Assembly (NCBI GenBank): GCA_951406725.2
Contig: OX597822.1
Coordinates: 72,044,001 to 72,108,000, forward strand
From: Octopus vulgaris
Taxonomy: Eukaryota
Direction of reading: 5' to 3'
Length of the DNA stretch: 64,000 nt
Shown here: positions 1-12,700 of the stretch, one piece after another
Numbering within the stretch: position 1 is the first letter of the stretch
How the letters are laid out: every line of letters starts with the position of its first letter
The notes under the pieces: model-generated
The model's input: the letters and a program-made list of their open reading frames with translations, nothing else
The model's database searches: none
Told to the model about the DNA's origin: nothing
Program-made: the position numbers and the translations under genes

Positions 1-172
1 AATGCTTAGCGGTATTTTGTCTGTCTTTACATTTTCATTTCAAATTCCACCGATGTCGACTTTGACATCAGGGTCAATAAATTAAGTACTAGTTGTGTAC
101 TGGAGTTGATCTAATCGACTGCCCCACCCACTCTTCAAAAATTTCTGGCCTTGTGCCTAGAGTACACAAGAT
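1..172 (+). mobile_element. tRNA-derived SINE family A, truncated by the window edge
   Basis: Matches the recurring unit AAATGCTTAGCGGTATT...TTCAAATTCC...GTCGATAAATTAAGTACCAG...GGCCTTGTGCCTA seen more than 10 times in the window. Confidence 0.75.
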
Positions 173-692
173 TTCTTAACAGTTGTACTTGTTGTTTCTA
201 TGTTAACTTAGTATTTCCTGCTACAGTTTTCATCTAGTATTAAATTGAGATTCTGTTTATTCATGCAACGTTTTTGCTTAGTTTTAAATAGCAAATTGCT
301 GTTTATTTTATTTTGTAATTGATTTTTTCTTATATGAAAGAAGTATATACTGATCTCTAAAATTTTCACTGAGGTGTTTGACCTATTTACAATATGTGCT
401 TTCATTTCCTTTGCTTTATCCCTATCTCCATATATTCAATGTGTATAGATAATCTGTGTTTATACTAGTTCTTGTTCTTTAGCCTTGGGTCTGTTCTAAT
501 CCAGTAAATGTTTGATCAGAAATGTTCCAGATGTGACTGTCTTGTTTTTTTTTTCTTTGGTTACATTGTGACCAGCTAGGATTACAAAACTTTGTGTTCA
601 TTGTTTTTATGTTTTTAAGCCAGTAGAGTGTGATGTATTTGCTATTTTCAGCAAATGAAGCACCTCACTGTGTGTGTGTGTGTGTGTGTTTA

Positions 693-1257
693 CAGGGTTA
701 TTCAAAAAGAACGAACCGATTTCATTATGCAATATTTTAATAAGGAAAAGCAATAGAAAACTCCAGCTAAGTCACAAGTATTTATTCACAATCATCTTTT
801 ATTTCCTGTCTTACAAGTGTTCAATGTGGCCATCACCTATTGCACAGGCAGCATCAGTGCGATAAGAGAATTCCTCCCAGACGCGTATCTGCATATCACA
901 ATCGACTGAGTTGATCGCTGTTGTTATTTGATATTTAAGGTCATCGAGGTTAGTGGGTAGCAGTGGAACATAAACACGATCTTTTACACATCCCCACGAG
1001 AAAAAAATCTTAAACATTGAATAACAACAGGGATCAACTCAGTGGATCTTGACATGCTGACACGTGTCTGGGAGGAATTCTCTTTGTCACATTGATGTTC
1101 CCCATGGCTGCAGGTGGTGGCCACATTGAACACTTGTGAGACAGGAAATAAAAGTTGATTGTGAGTAAATACTTGTAACTTAGCTGGAGTTTTCTATTGC
1201 TTTTCCTTATTAAAATATTGCATGATGAAATCAGTTCATTCTTTTTGAATAACCCTG
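693..1257. mobile_element. Tc1/mariner-type foldback MITE with ~240-bp inverted arms
   Basis: TA|CAGGGTTATTCAAAAAG ... CTTTTTGAATAACCCTG|TA (TA TSD). The arms carry a transposase C-terminus (WGCVKDRVY...RVWEEFSYR...GHIEHL*). Confidence 0.88.
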
Positions 1258-1264
1258 TATTTAA

Positions 1265-1482
1265 CCCATTAGCGCCCATGATCCTTTTTTAGGACCAGCA
1301 GGATAATCCGTCATATTCTTGCAGCACTTGTATTTTTCTGAGATATCTTTAGTCATCCTGTCTGGAGTGTCTTTCAAATATTGTAATAATTTTTTTTTTT
1401 AAATATATTTAGTATCAGATAAAGTTGTATAAAAAAAAATTTTTGGTAATCAAATAAAAAAAAAAAAAAGGGCACTAATGGG
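1265..1482. mobile_element. piggyBac-like MITE
   Basis: TTAA|CCCATTAGCGCCC ... GGGCACTAATGGG|TGTAA; 13-bp TIR with 1 mismatch, right TTAA degenerate. Confidence 0.65.
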
Positions 1483-1612
1483 TGTAAAATATTCTTATAA
1501 TTAATAACATTTGGTTATTATTTTCATTATGATTTATTTATGCGTTTAAAAATTATTGGAATAATTTTGAATTTAGCTTTAATTATTATTTTATTTTATT
1601 TTCTTTCTGCAG

Positions 1613-1735
1613 TTGAAGTTAAGAAAACAGAATATTGTACCGTAGAATTAACAGAAGAAAAATATCAAGCATTTGTTTATGCTGTTAAGAATCATTACTG
1701 GTACCAGATGTACATTGATGATCTACCAGTTTGGG
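1613..1735 (+). CDS. TM9SF3: TM9SF3 exon (123 nt), lumenal domain
   Basis: ttctgcag|TTGAAGTT...GTTTGGG|gtgag; encodes EVKKTEYC...[11 protein letters not shown]. Confidence 0.95.
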
Positions 1736-2139
1736 GTGAGTATCCTACTTGGGTGCTTTGTATTCAAATATTTCAGATTTATTACACTTATAAAATTCTT
1801 TGAATTTAATTACATTCATAATCATCATCATCATCATCATCATCATCATATGTCTGTTTTTCATGCTGGTATGGATTGGACAGTTTGACCATCTGGAGAG
1901 TTGGACTACGTTCCAGTCTGATTTGGCATGGTTTCTGTGACTGGATACCCCTCCTATCACCAACCATATTACACCATGTACTGCGTATTTCTTACATGTC
2001 ACTGGCATGTTAGCCTCCTATGTGGCACTGGCACGAGTGCTTCTTATGTGACACTGGCATGGGTACTTTTTACGTGGCCCTGGCACAAGTGCTTTGTAAG
2101 TGGCACCAGCACATGTTCTGTTTACGTGGCAGAGCAAAA

Positions 2140-2181
<42 letters not shown>

Positions 2182-3946
2182 GGTTGAGAGATTTCTTTCA
2201 AGTAAATTTATTTTAAAAGAATAAAAAAAATACTTTGAGAGCCTCAGCAAGGACAAAAGAGTAAGCATTTACATTTTTATCAAATTATGCTACCAGTTTC
2301 AGTTTTTAATATGATTTAGTCATGCTGTAAGAGAAAATAAAATAAATTGAAATTAGATTTAAATTAAATCAATCTTTCATAATACAGTTCTGAAAGTTAA
2401 TGTGTTTTTCTTATAAATTCACATGGTGTTGGTAGCTTGTTACCCTTTGATGGTTACTGGGTTGTAGTAGTAATACTAGTAGTAGTGGTGGTGGTGGTAG
2501 TAGTAGTAGTGCTTTAAGCAGTTGTCTTTTGTTGGTTTTAAGGAATAGCTATTAGTAGTTGCAGCTGTACCATTCTCACCTGTAGAAGTTGCAGTAGTAG
2601 TAGTGGTGGTGGTGGAAATGGTAGAAGCCGTAAATGTAGTTGGAGTGGTTTGTTTCTCCCCTTTAGAAGGGAAGATGATGGCAACAGTAGCAGAGATAGC
2701 AGAAAGCTGTTGTAGTCATAGCAATAGCAACTGCTTCTGCTGATGCAACACCAAGCCAGGAGATTAAGAAACAGACTCGTTAACCAAACAATTTTCTTTA
2801 CACCTGCATACACACCTATATAGGCACAGTCAGACATTCAGACATATGTGATTTTACACACACACACACATCCAGCCCTACTAACAGTGGTTGCAGCACA
2901 TCTTTTTCCTGTCCTCTAATGAAAAACTGTCTCATTAATAATCTATAACAAGAGTAGCCACCATTTACTGTGGGATCTTACCTGAAAGAAAAATCTCTCT
3001 ATAAGATTAGTGTGTGAAAGCACATCAAGCTAAACTCCATATGATGTCAGCAGACTACAAGATCGGGTGTTTTGGTGTAATTTTGTCTCTTCAGTGGTAG
3101 ATGCAGTTTTGATCATTTTTAATTAAGCTGGAACTTTTACCCTGCTGGCATTAACTTAATACAAACATTCAAGGCAACAAGAGCTGCTATAAAGATATGT
3201 CCTTAGTAAGCTTCGACACACACCAGTAAATGTACTGTTTGCTGTTTGCCATATTTTGCAATGAAAGTTCCTAGGCTCTCACTCACCAAGGTAGTGTTTA
3301 TCACTGAAGAGGTGAAATTATGCCAAAACATTGGTTGTCTGCTGGTGTTTCTTTGTGCTTGGCTCATTGTGTTTTTACACACTAAGTCTATAGAGATAAG
3401 TGTGAGACAGAACCCCATGTTCTATTGTGCAGGAGCGTGTTAAAAATATATGTAGACATTTTTATGCTCATCCTCACTGCTTTGTGTGTTTGTGCTAAAT
3501 ATAAATAGATCGTCATTGAAAATGATATGTATTCACACACACACACATTTGCTTTTATATATATATATGTGTCGGTGGCACATAAAAAAACACCATCCGA
3601 GCGTGGCTGTCTGCCAGCCTCGTCTGGCACCTGTGTCGGTGGCACATAAAAAACACCATCCGAGCGTGGCCGTCTGCCAGCCTCGTCTGGCACCTGTGTC
3701 GGTGGCACATAAAAAACACCATCCAAGTGTGGCCGTCTGCCAGCCTCGTCTGGCACCTGTGTCAGTGGCACATAAAATCACCCACTACACTCTCGGAGTG
3801 GTTGGCGTTAGGAAGGGCATCCAGCTGTAGAAACACTGCCAGATCTGACTGGCCTGGTGTAGCCTTCGGGCTTGCCAGACCCCAGTTGAACCGTCCAACC
3901 CATGCTAGCATGGAAAGCGGACGTTAAATGATGATGATGATGATGA

Positions 3947-4002
<56 letters not shown>

Positions 4003-6694
4003 TCTCTTTTTCTTGTTCATTTCTATTGTTAATTGGTTATTCATTTAGAATATTAATTACAGCCAACAGCTGTGGACTGGAAAGATTTATGAATGCTTAT
4101 TGTTTTATTTTGGTCTTTTTACTTTTCAATTTTTGACTTGTGCCAGCATGGAAGAACAAGAAACATTAAAATTATGAAAAATGATCTTAAGCTCTGCAAT
4201 TTATTCGTTGAATATTCCTCTTTATTCATTTGTTTGTTTCTTGTTTGTTTGTTTGTTTGTGTATTCAACTCATTTGCTGATAGCAATCACTACTGTTAAT
4301 TAATTGCAATTGTATTCATGTATTTTAATTTCTTTCCCTTCAAGTTTCCCCTCCTCCTATTTTTTGGTTGTTATCTGATATGTTGGGGATTAGTTTAATC
4401 CGGCAGGGTTTCAAGATGGAAATGGAAACTGATATATTAGTAAGAAAATTTTGTTTTTATTGAATCTGAAGTTGGCAACTGTTCTCAGAAATCTTTTAAG
4501 TGGGTTGCCAACAAATCCATGTTTAGCCAAAGAAAACAATTAAGTTCAACTTTCAGCTTACTATGATAGTTATATTAACACCAGGTCAGTCCTGATGGGT
4601 TGGCTTCATGATCAGTGGCATTTCAGCCATTAGCACAGGCATGGTTGAGTGGTTAAGAAGCTCACTTTGCAGCCATGTGGTTTTGGGTTCAGTCACACTG
4701 CATGGCACCTTACCTTGAGCAAGTGTCTTCTATTATATCCCTGGGCTGACCATTGCCTGGTGAACCTGGTGAGTGAATTCGGTTGACAGAAACTGTATGG
4801 CAGCCTGTGTTGTGTGTGTTTGTATGTTTCTTTCCTCCCCTGCTTGAGAACTGGTGAGGGTTTGTTTGCATCACTGTGTCTTATCTGTTTGGCAAAAGAG
4901 ACCGTTTGAATAAGCACCAGACTTAAAAAGAGACAACTAATTACAGGGGTCGATTTGTTCAACTAAAACTTTCAAGGCTGTCCTCTGGCACTGTCACATC
5001 CCAATGACTGAAACAAGTAAAAAAATGCTAAAAAAAACAGGGTGTCCCCCTCCTACTTTTCCAGACAGCCAATGAATCTTTTCATTTTCAGATGGTAGGG
5101 TGTGTGATTTACAGGCGATTTAGCTGCCATTTTTAACATGTTGAGTGACTTCGTAAATACTCTTGCTCCGTTTCTAATTTAAATGTTACGATGATGATGA
5201 TATTCAGCAATGGTTTTCAGCTAATTCTCTTTAATGCTCAACTGTTCTACTCCTAGGTATTGTTGGAGAGATTGGTGAAGGTGGTGAAACCTATTACATC
5301 TGGACACATAAGAAGTTTGACATTGGCTTCAATGGCAAACAAATAGTTGATGTAAACCTGACGAGCGAGTCAAAGGTGAAGCTTGAACCTAAGATTAAGC
5401 TAACCTTCACTTACCAGGTAAGGCCAAATTGTTACGTTTTCCTATTTCTAAAATATATGTATTGGCAACAGTATCGATACTAAGAGATAATATTATGAAG
5501 GTGTTTCTTTTCCACTCACCAAAGTGAGTGGGTTTTTGGTCAGGAGGAACTGATGTCATCAAACATTATACAATGATCATTTAGTGTTTTGACTCTAAAC
5601 CATAACAGCCTCCTGTTGGTGGGTCAGCAGAGGTGACCAAATCACTGCTCATCGTCTCCTCCTGGCTTCCAGCTTAACTCCTCTCTATATCACTGAGGTT
5701 ACTTATTGATAATGTTGTATACTGAATGAATGTGTTCTGAATCTCATCTAGTGAGCCATAAATTTGTTTGCTATGGCAGAAAGTGTAGATGTACACTCAT
5801 ACACTTTGATTGGACAGTTCAGTTACATATTCACTTGTAATGAATAGCCTTGTGTCGAATAGTTTCATTTTGTGTCTCTTACTTAATGATTTCCATTTTG
5901 CTTTAATCCCAGGTAAAATGGATCCCATCATCCATTAAGTTTGCAGATAGGTTTGATAAATACTTGGATCCCAGCTTTTTCCAACATCGAGTAAGTTTCT
6001 TTTAATTCTATTATTTTGTTACTTCTCAACCAATTTTGTATAAGTGGGTCTTTTGTTTTTCATATTCAGATTTTTTTGACTGAATTATATTGTGTTTTAA
6101 TGATTTGTTTGAACGAGAGGAATTATTTTGTGCTTGACAAATGACTGAGACCTTTGGAGATATGTTGTGCTTGAGAAGACCTGGCAAGCCTAGTGAGATT
6201 GTCATGACCGATGCCAGTGTTGCATAACTGGCCTGTTTAGGAGTACCTTTCAATCGTTGGGTAATATGTTGTGCTTGAGAAGATCTGTTGAGTCAAGTGA
6301 AATCGTAGTCATGGCTGATGCCAGTGCTGCCTGACTGGCACCCATGCTGGTGGCATGTAAAAAGCACCATTTGAGTGTGGTCAATGTCAGTGCCGCCTGA
6401 CTGGTCCCTGTGTCAGCGGCATGTAAAAAGCACAGGCTACAGTCTTGGAGTGGTTGGCATTAGGAAGGGCATCAAGATGGAGAAACCTTGCCAGATTAGA
6501 TTGGAGCCTGGTGCAGCCTCCTGGCTTGCTAGTCCTCAGTCAAACTGTTCAACTCATGCCAGCATGGAAAGCGGACGTTAAACGACGAGGATGATGATGC
6601 ACAGGTGTGACTATGTAATAGTTAAAGAGCTTGCTTTCTAACTATGTGGCCTTGGGTCTAATTCCACTGCATGGCACTTTGGTCAAGTGTTTTC

Positions 6695-6732
<38 letters not shown>

Positions 6733-9700
6733 CTTGACAGCACATGATGATTGTAAACAAGCATCACCATTATGCAAGCTATGTTCATTTCCAATCTTCC
6801 ACAAAAATATGTCTGGCTGTGAGGAAATATTACCTTACCTGGAAACTGGTGAAGGGTGCTGACAGGAAGGGCATCCAACATTGAAAATCTACCCCAATAA
6901 AATTCTGTCTGATCCACATGCAGGCATGTGGAAGTGGACGTTAAAAGACGACCATGATGATAATACTAAATTATATACCTTAATCTCAGAAATTTATCCA
7001 CATCGAATTTGATACTTCATTTCTTTCCCTTCAGGTTTATTATACATTTATTAGATAGTCTTTTCCTGATGCTGAAAACTTTAATCTGGCTTCATTTTAA
7101 ATTTGAAGCTGTATTAATTAAACTAAGTGTAAATTCTTTATTCATTAGGCTTATAACATAAATATTGTCCTTAATATGTTAGTCAGAGCAAGACCCTGAT
7201 GGAAAAGTATATAAATCAGCTCCGTAAATGCCTGTATAAACTTTTATATCCTTGCTGAAGGGAGGTAATTTAGCTATTGCTGGCTCAAATCTGACCAGCT
7301 ACTCATTTATTTTAAGATCTGAGATTTAAAAGGAAAAAGGAAATATTTGCAAGGTACTGAACTAGCAAAAGGTGACAAACTGGTAGAGTCATTAAGGTAT
7401 TGAATAAAATTCCTGACAGTCTTTGTTCAGACTCTCTGTTCTCATATTTGGCCAGAGTCTGTGGAAAGTACGCTTCCTGAGTTGTAGTGTTTTTGTTATT
7501 GCTGTTGGTCTGGTCTGAGCTGATGACTGAGTCGATGAATGGAAATGTATTTCTCTGGCTCTGAGAAGAAATAATTAAAAACATCTGTGAACAATTATCA
7601 GAAAATTTTTTTTATGGCAAATGGAGTTTTAACTGTGTTGGTCTTTACTAATATTAACAACAATTACATACTGGGAGGGACATACTGCTTGGAGTTTATG
7701 GCAAGCTTACTGATAGGAGCAGCTTACTTGGAGTTTACAACAAGCTTACTGGCCCATCACATTGAGATGCTTACTGAGCTGAAACTAGAGAAAATAAAAA
7801 AAATATTTATTGTGACAAAAATTCCTGCCTATTATCTGCCATCTCTCTTAATTGGTTGGATGTGGCAAGAATGGAGACACAACAGGCGAGCTGGCAGAAG
7901 TGTTAGCATGCTGGGTGAAATGCTTAGCAGTATTTCGTCTGTCTTTACGTTCTGAGTTCAAATTCCGCCAAGGTTGACTTTGCCTTTCATCCTTTCAGGG
8001 TCGATAAATTAAGTACCAGTTACACACTGGGGCCGATGTAATCGACTTAATCTCCTTGTTTGTCCCGTCTATGTTTGGCCCCTTGTGGGCAATAAACAAA
8101 TAAGAATGGAGACACAACATATGGCTGCCTCAGCACTCTGCAGTTACTGTCAAAAACTGCCTTTTTTTAGGGTGCAAGGAGAAAATTCTAGAAGATTGAA
8201 TCATGTGATGGCTGGACACTGATCGGCTGCTTAATAGATTGATCATGTCAAACTACTGTGGTTTGATCATGGTCTGACCAGCTGCCTAGTGGTTCTGGGT
8301 TGGGTTGGGTTTGTTGAAATGTAAGAAAGTCAGGCTCGGTGTCTTGCTACTATTTGTTTTTGTTCTTTGCATTCATAGTTAAGATTCCATAATACCCTGT
8401 TTGGGTAGTGGTAGACAAAATCCATGACTTGGCTAAGCACCACGACCACCTGGCACCTTGGGTGCTCTTAGTTGAGTCCATTCTGTTGCAAGTGTTTGGG
8501 CTTGATCTCCAGTTTGAGGACAATTTTCTCCCTCCTTCCTCTCAGTCTTGGAAGCCCTATAAAAAGGTCATGAGTACTGCTATTCGTCCTGACTAAAAGT
8601 TTAAAAAGACAAAACACAAAATATGCTTTCAAAGTCATTAATAAACCTTGGCAGAAGTAAGGTAGTCCCCTAGTTACTGATATGACTCTTTGTAGCCATT
8701 CAGATTATTATAACAAAAGTAATGTTTGCTTATTCACATTGTTTTGAATTAGTCATGTGTTGGGTTAGTAGCCTGTGCTCTTAACCACTATGCCATATGC
8801 CCATGGGCATGTATTGTCTGGCGTCTTTGAGATTTCAATGATGTGGCTATTTTTAGAACAACATTGCAGGTAGTGTAGGTGTGAGAGGCTGGATCTGGCC
8901 AGTTTCAACATAAAACAGGTAGACTATTTGAGCCGGATAGGGTCAGTTTAAATGTTGAAGTAGCCACTCGAGTTGATATGAACGAACTGCTACTTTCATT
9001 GATATTGTTTTATCTCTCTCTCTCTTGGTCTGATTTGATAATGTACTGCATTAATTGATAGTGGAGCAGGAAATAATGAAAGCAATTTGGCTGTGGGCTA
9101 CCAAATAACAGCTTTCTGAGAAATCAAATGACTACTTTAGTGTTTGATGTATTTGTGCTGACACAAAAAAGAGAGAGAGAAAGACAATCTTTATCCGCCT
9201 TGTTACTTAAGTGTAAAATTATGGTTATTACTTTTTTATTGATGTTTTGTGCACCTGTCAGAAACATATTCTGTGCATTATTTAATAAACTATTTTTCTT
9301 ATTTTATTACATATTATTGACTTTATAGCTTTTCTCACATGCCAGTCCCCCTCTGTTTCTCATTCTCTCTCTCTCTCTCTCTCTCTCATTCTCTCTTATC
9401 ACTTTAGCCTCTTAACCTTATTCCTGTATCTGTCGTCTGTCTCCATTTCTCTTATCTCTGCTTCTCCTGTTTTTTTTTTCTTTGTCACACGTGGCCTTCA
9501 CATGTGGCCTAGTGTAGTGGTTAAGGTGCTGCACTCAAGATTGTAAGATAGTGGTTTCATTTCCTGCACCAGATGGCGAGTTGTGTTCTTGAGCAAAACA
9601 CTTCATTTCATGTCGCTCCACTCCACTCAGATATAAATGCATAACTCTGCTACAGACTGTTGTCCTATTTAGGGAGAATGTTGTGATTTTGGTCTCTTAT

Positions 9701-12700
9701 AAGCCATGAAAATCAGGGAACTGTCCCTATTAGTCCATGGACTTGAGACAATAAGGTTTTGTTGTTTGCCTGAAAGCTCTGTATTTCTTTGTGTCCTCTG
9801 TGAATATTATTAAATTCTAGTCTGTCTGTCTGTCCATCTCCACCTACCATCCATAATTCATTAAAAGTATAATTTTGCTTTTCTCTATTCAGATTCATTG
9901 GTTCAGTATCTTCAATTCTTTCATGATGGTGATCTTTTTGGTTGGCCTTGTCAGTATGATCCTTATGAGGACCTTACGTAAAGATTATGCTCGTTACAGC
10001 CGTGAAGAAGATCTTGACGACATGGTAAGCATTTATTTATTTATTAATTACCTCTGCCTTAGCGAAGGCGGAGGTATTGTTTCCAATCGTGTTTGTTTGT
10101 CTGTCTGTGGATAAGATATCTCAAGAACCACTTGATGGATTCAGATGCAACTTTCAGGGATGTTTGGGCTTGTGACTGGCACAAACTGATTAGATTTTGG
10201 GATTGATCTGGTACCAGACAAGGATTCTGGATTATTTGTTACATTTACTTCACTTTACATGAAGTATTAATAGCTTACATTCACTTTCAAGTCTTTCTCT
10301 GATTATCTCCCTTATATTATATATTATACATGCATATTAACACTTTACAGTATATTCACATATACACATAGTTTTATACACCAATCTATATTCTCGTTTG
10401 TGAGAGCAGTTGAGTTTATTTCAAATATTCTCATTTTAATTTATATTTTTTTTTTCTTTACTGTTCATAATATGTCTTTATGATCATTGTTGTTCTGGGC
10501 GAAAGTTGGTATCACTGCTCTTCCAACTAAAGTAAAGCTTCAAAATTTCACACTCTAATATCTTATTACTATAACGATCACTGCCCTCATTCAACTAACT
10601 CTTGTAGGTCTTGGCTGTGTGGTAAGAAGCTTCTTAGCCACATGGTTCCAGGTTCAGTCCCACTGCGTTGCACCTTGGGCAGGTGACTTCTGCTATAGCT
10701 TCAGGCCAATCAAAACCATGGGAGTGGATTTGGTGGATGAAAACTGTATGGAAGCACATGTATGTTGTCCCCCATCACTGCTTGACGGCTGGTGTGGGTG
10801 TGGTTACGTTCCCATAACTTAGCAATTTGACAAAAGAGCCTGATAGAATAAGTACCAATCCTCAAGAAAAAAAAGTATTGAGTCAATTCTTCTAACAAGA
10901 AATTCTTCAAGGCAGTGCCCCAGCATGACCGCAGTCTAATGCCTGAAACCTGAAACAAGTAAAAGATAAAAGAGGTCCTGTTACTTCAGACTGTTGGTCC
11001 TCATAGAGGCAAAGTGGCAGAGTTCCTTTCAAGTGTTGGGCCTTACAGAGACAATGGCCAAAACCTTTGGCATGTTGTGCTTGAGAAGAAGACCCACCAA
11101 GCTGAGCAAAATCGCGGTCGTGATAGATACTGGTGTCACACAAACTGGCACCCATGCCGGTGACACGTAAACACACCCCTGTGTCACGCAAATGGCATGT
11201 AGAAGCACCCATTATACTCTCGGAGTGGTTGGCATTAAGAAGGGCATCCAGCTGTAGAAAACCATGCCAACTCAGACTGGAGTCTGGTGCAGCCTTCCAG
11301 CGTGCCAGCCCAGTTAAACTGTCCAACCCATGCCAGCATGGACAACAGACATTAAATGATGATGGTGATTTATCACTTCTTTGTCAATGTTGAGCTGCTC
11401 TCTCTCCTGTCTTCTTCATTGGTGCACAGTTTCTGGATCTTGTTGTATGGGTATGTATGTTCTTTTCAACTCTAGGCACAAGGCCCAAAATTTTTGGGAT
11501 GGGGGCCGGTCGACTAGATTGACCCCAGTACATGACTTAATTTATCGACCCTGAAAAGAATGAAAGGCAAAGTCGATCTCGGCAGAATTTGAACTCAGAA
11601 CATTAAGACAGACGAAATACCACTAAGCATTTCTACCAGCATACTAACGTTTCTGCCAGCTCACTGCTTCATGGGTATGTATGTTCAACTGGGGATCTAC
11701 ATGCTGTAATTAACTCTTTAACCAGTTTCGGCTTTAAAGCTGTGGTCATGCTGGGGCACCTGTTGTTTACATATCTGTATGAAGAAGCTTGAGCTTCTCT
11801 CCATTTGACCTCTTTTAGAACAGCAGCCTCATTCTTTCGTCTGGAAGAGCTAGTTTAGATTGGAAGGAACAAGCTGGTAACTTTTGGTGGTTCTAAAAGA
11901 ATCACATTCACCACCTCAGTTGCCCCAGTTTTCCTTTGTTCATTTGTTCTTTCCTCCTTTCTCCTTTCTTTTCTCCCTTCCTCCCTCCTTCCTTCCCTCT
12001 CTTCCCTCATTCTTCCATTCCTTCCTTCCTTTCATCCTTCCCTCCCCTACCACTTTCCTTCCCTCCATTCCCCCTCCCCCATCCTTCCTTCCCTTCCCTG
12101 CATTCATTTGTCTTCCTCCCTCCCTCTCTTTATCTATTCCCCTCCTTTTCTCCCCCTCCCCCCTTTCTATGCTTTCTCAGACTGTGATTGGTGTTCAGCT
12201 TAAATGCTTGTCAATCAATGTTTTCGATGGTGAGTATGGAAGAGATTCCATTGGGGTTTTACAGTCTAGTATTTAGTGTATGATACAGTAGTAGGCGTGG
12301 GTGGACAGCTGGGCCAGGTGAGTCTCTGTGATGAGGGTATGCAGCGCAGCTAACTAGTTTAGAAATGTAGAGGAAAAAGAAAACCAAGCAGCTGTTGCCC
12401 TTCATGATTGTGATTTTTACCCAATACTGATCATGGTCTTAGTTAGTTTTACGTGTGCTGAGTGTGACTATGTTTTATGTACCATGTGGGATAGTTTATT
12501 GATACCAACATGTCAGCTCCAGACCGTCTGTAGTTTTGCAAATAGACACATCTGTTGTTAGTGAAATAGTTATGATATAGTAAATAATTGTTTTGTCAAC
12601 TATCATGATCTTAAAATTTCTCCTGGTTTTGTACTATTGATAGAAACTCTGACCTAGTTGGAATATATTCAATTTCGTGTTAGTGAGGTTTTTGGTAGTT

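Noticed and set aside
3569-3780. CRISPR-like regularly repeated units
   Set aside because: These are head-to-tail 63-bp tandem copies with no unique spacers and no cas genes, in a eukaryotic intron.
11884-12276. 130-aa Pro/Phe/Ser-rich ORF
   Set aside because: It comes from an intronic polypyrimidine tract and is not needed for the TM9SF3 reading frame.
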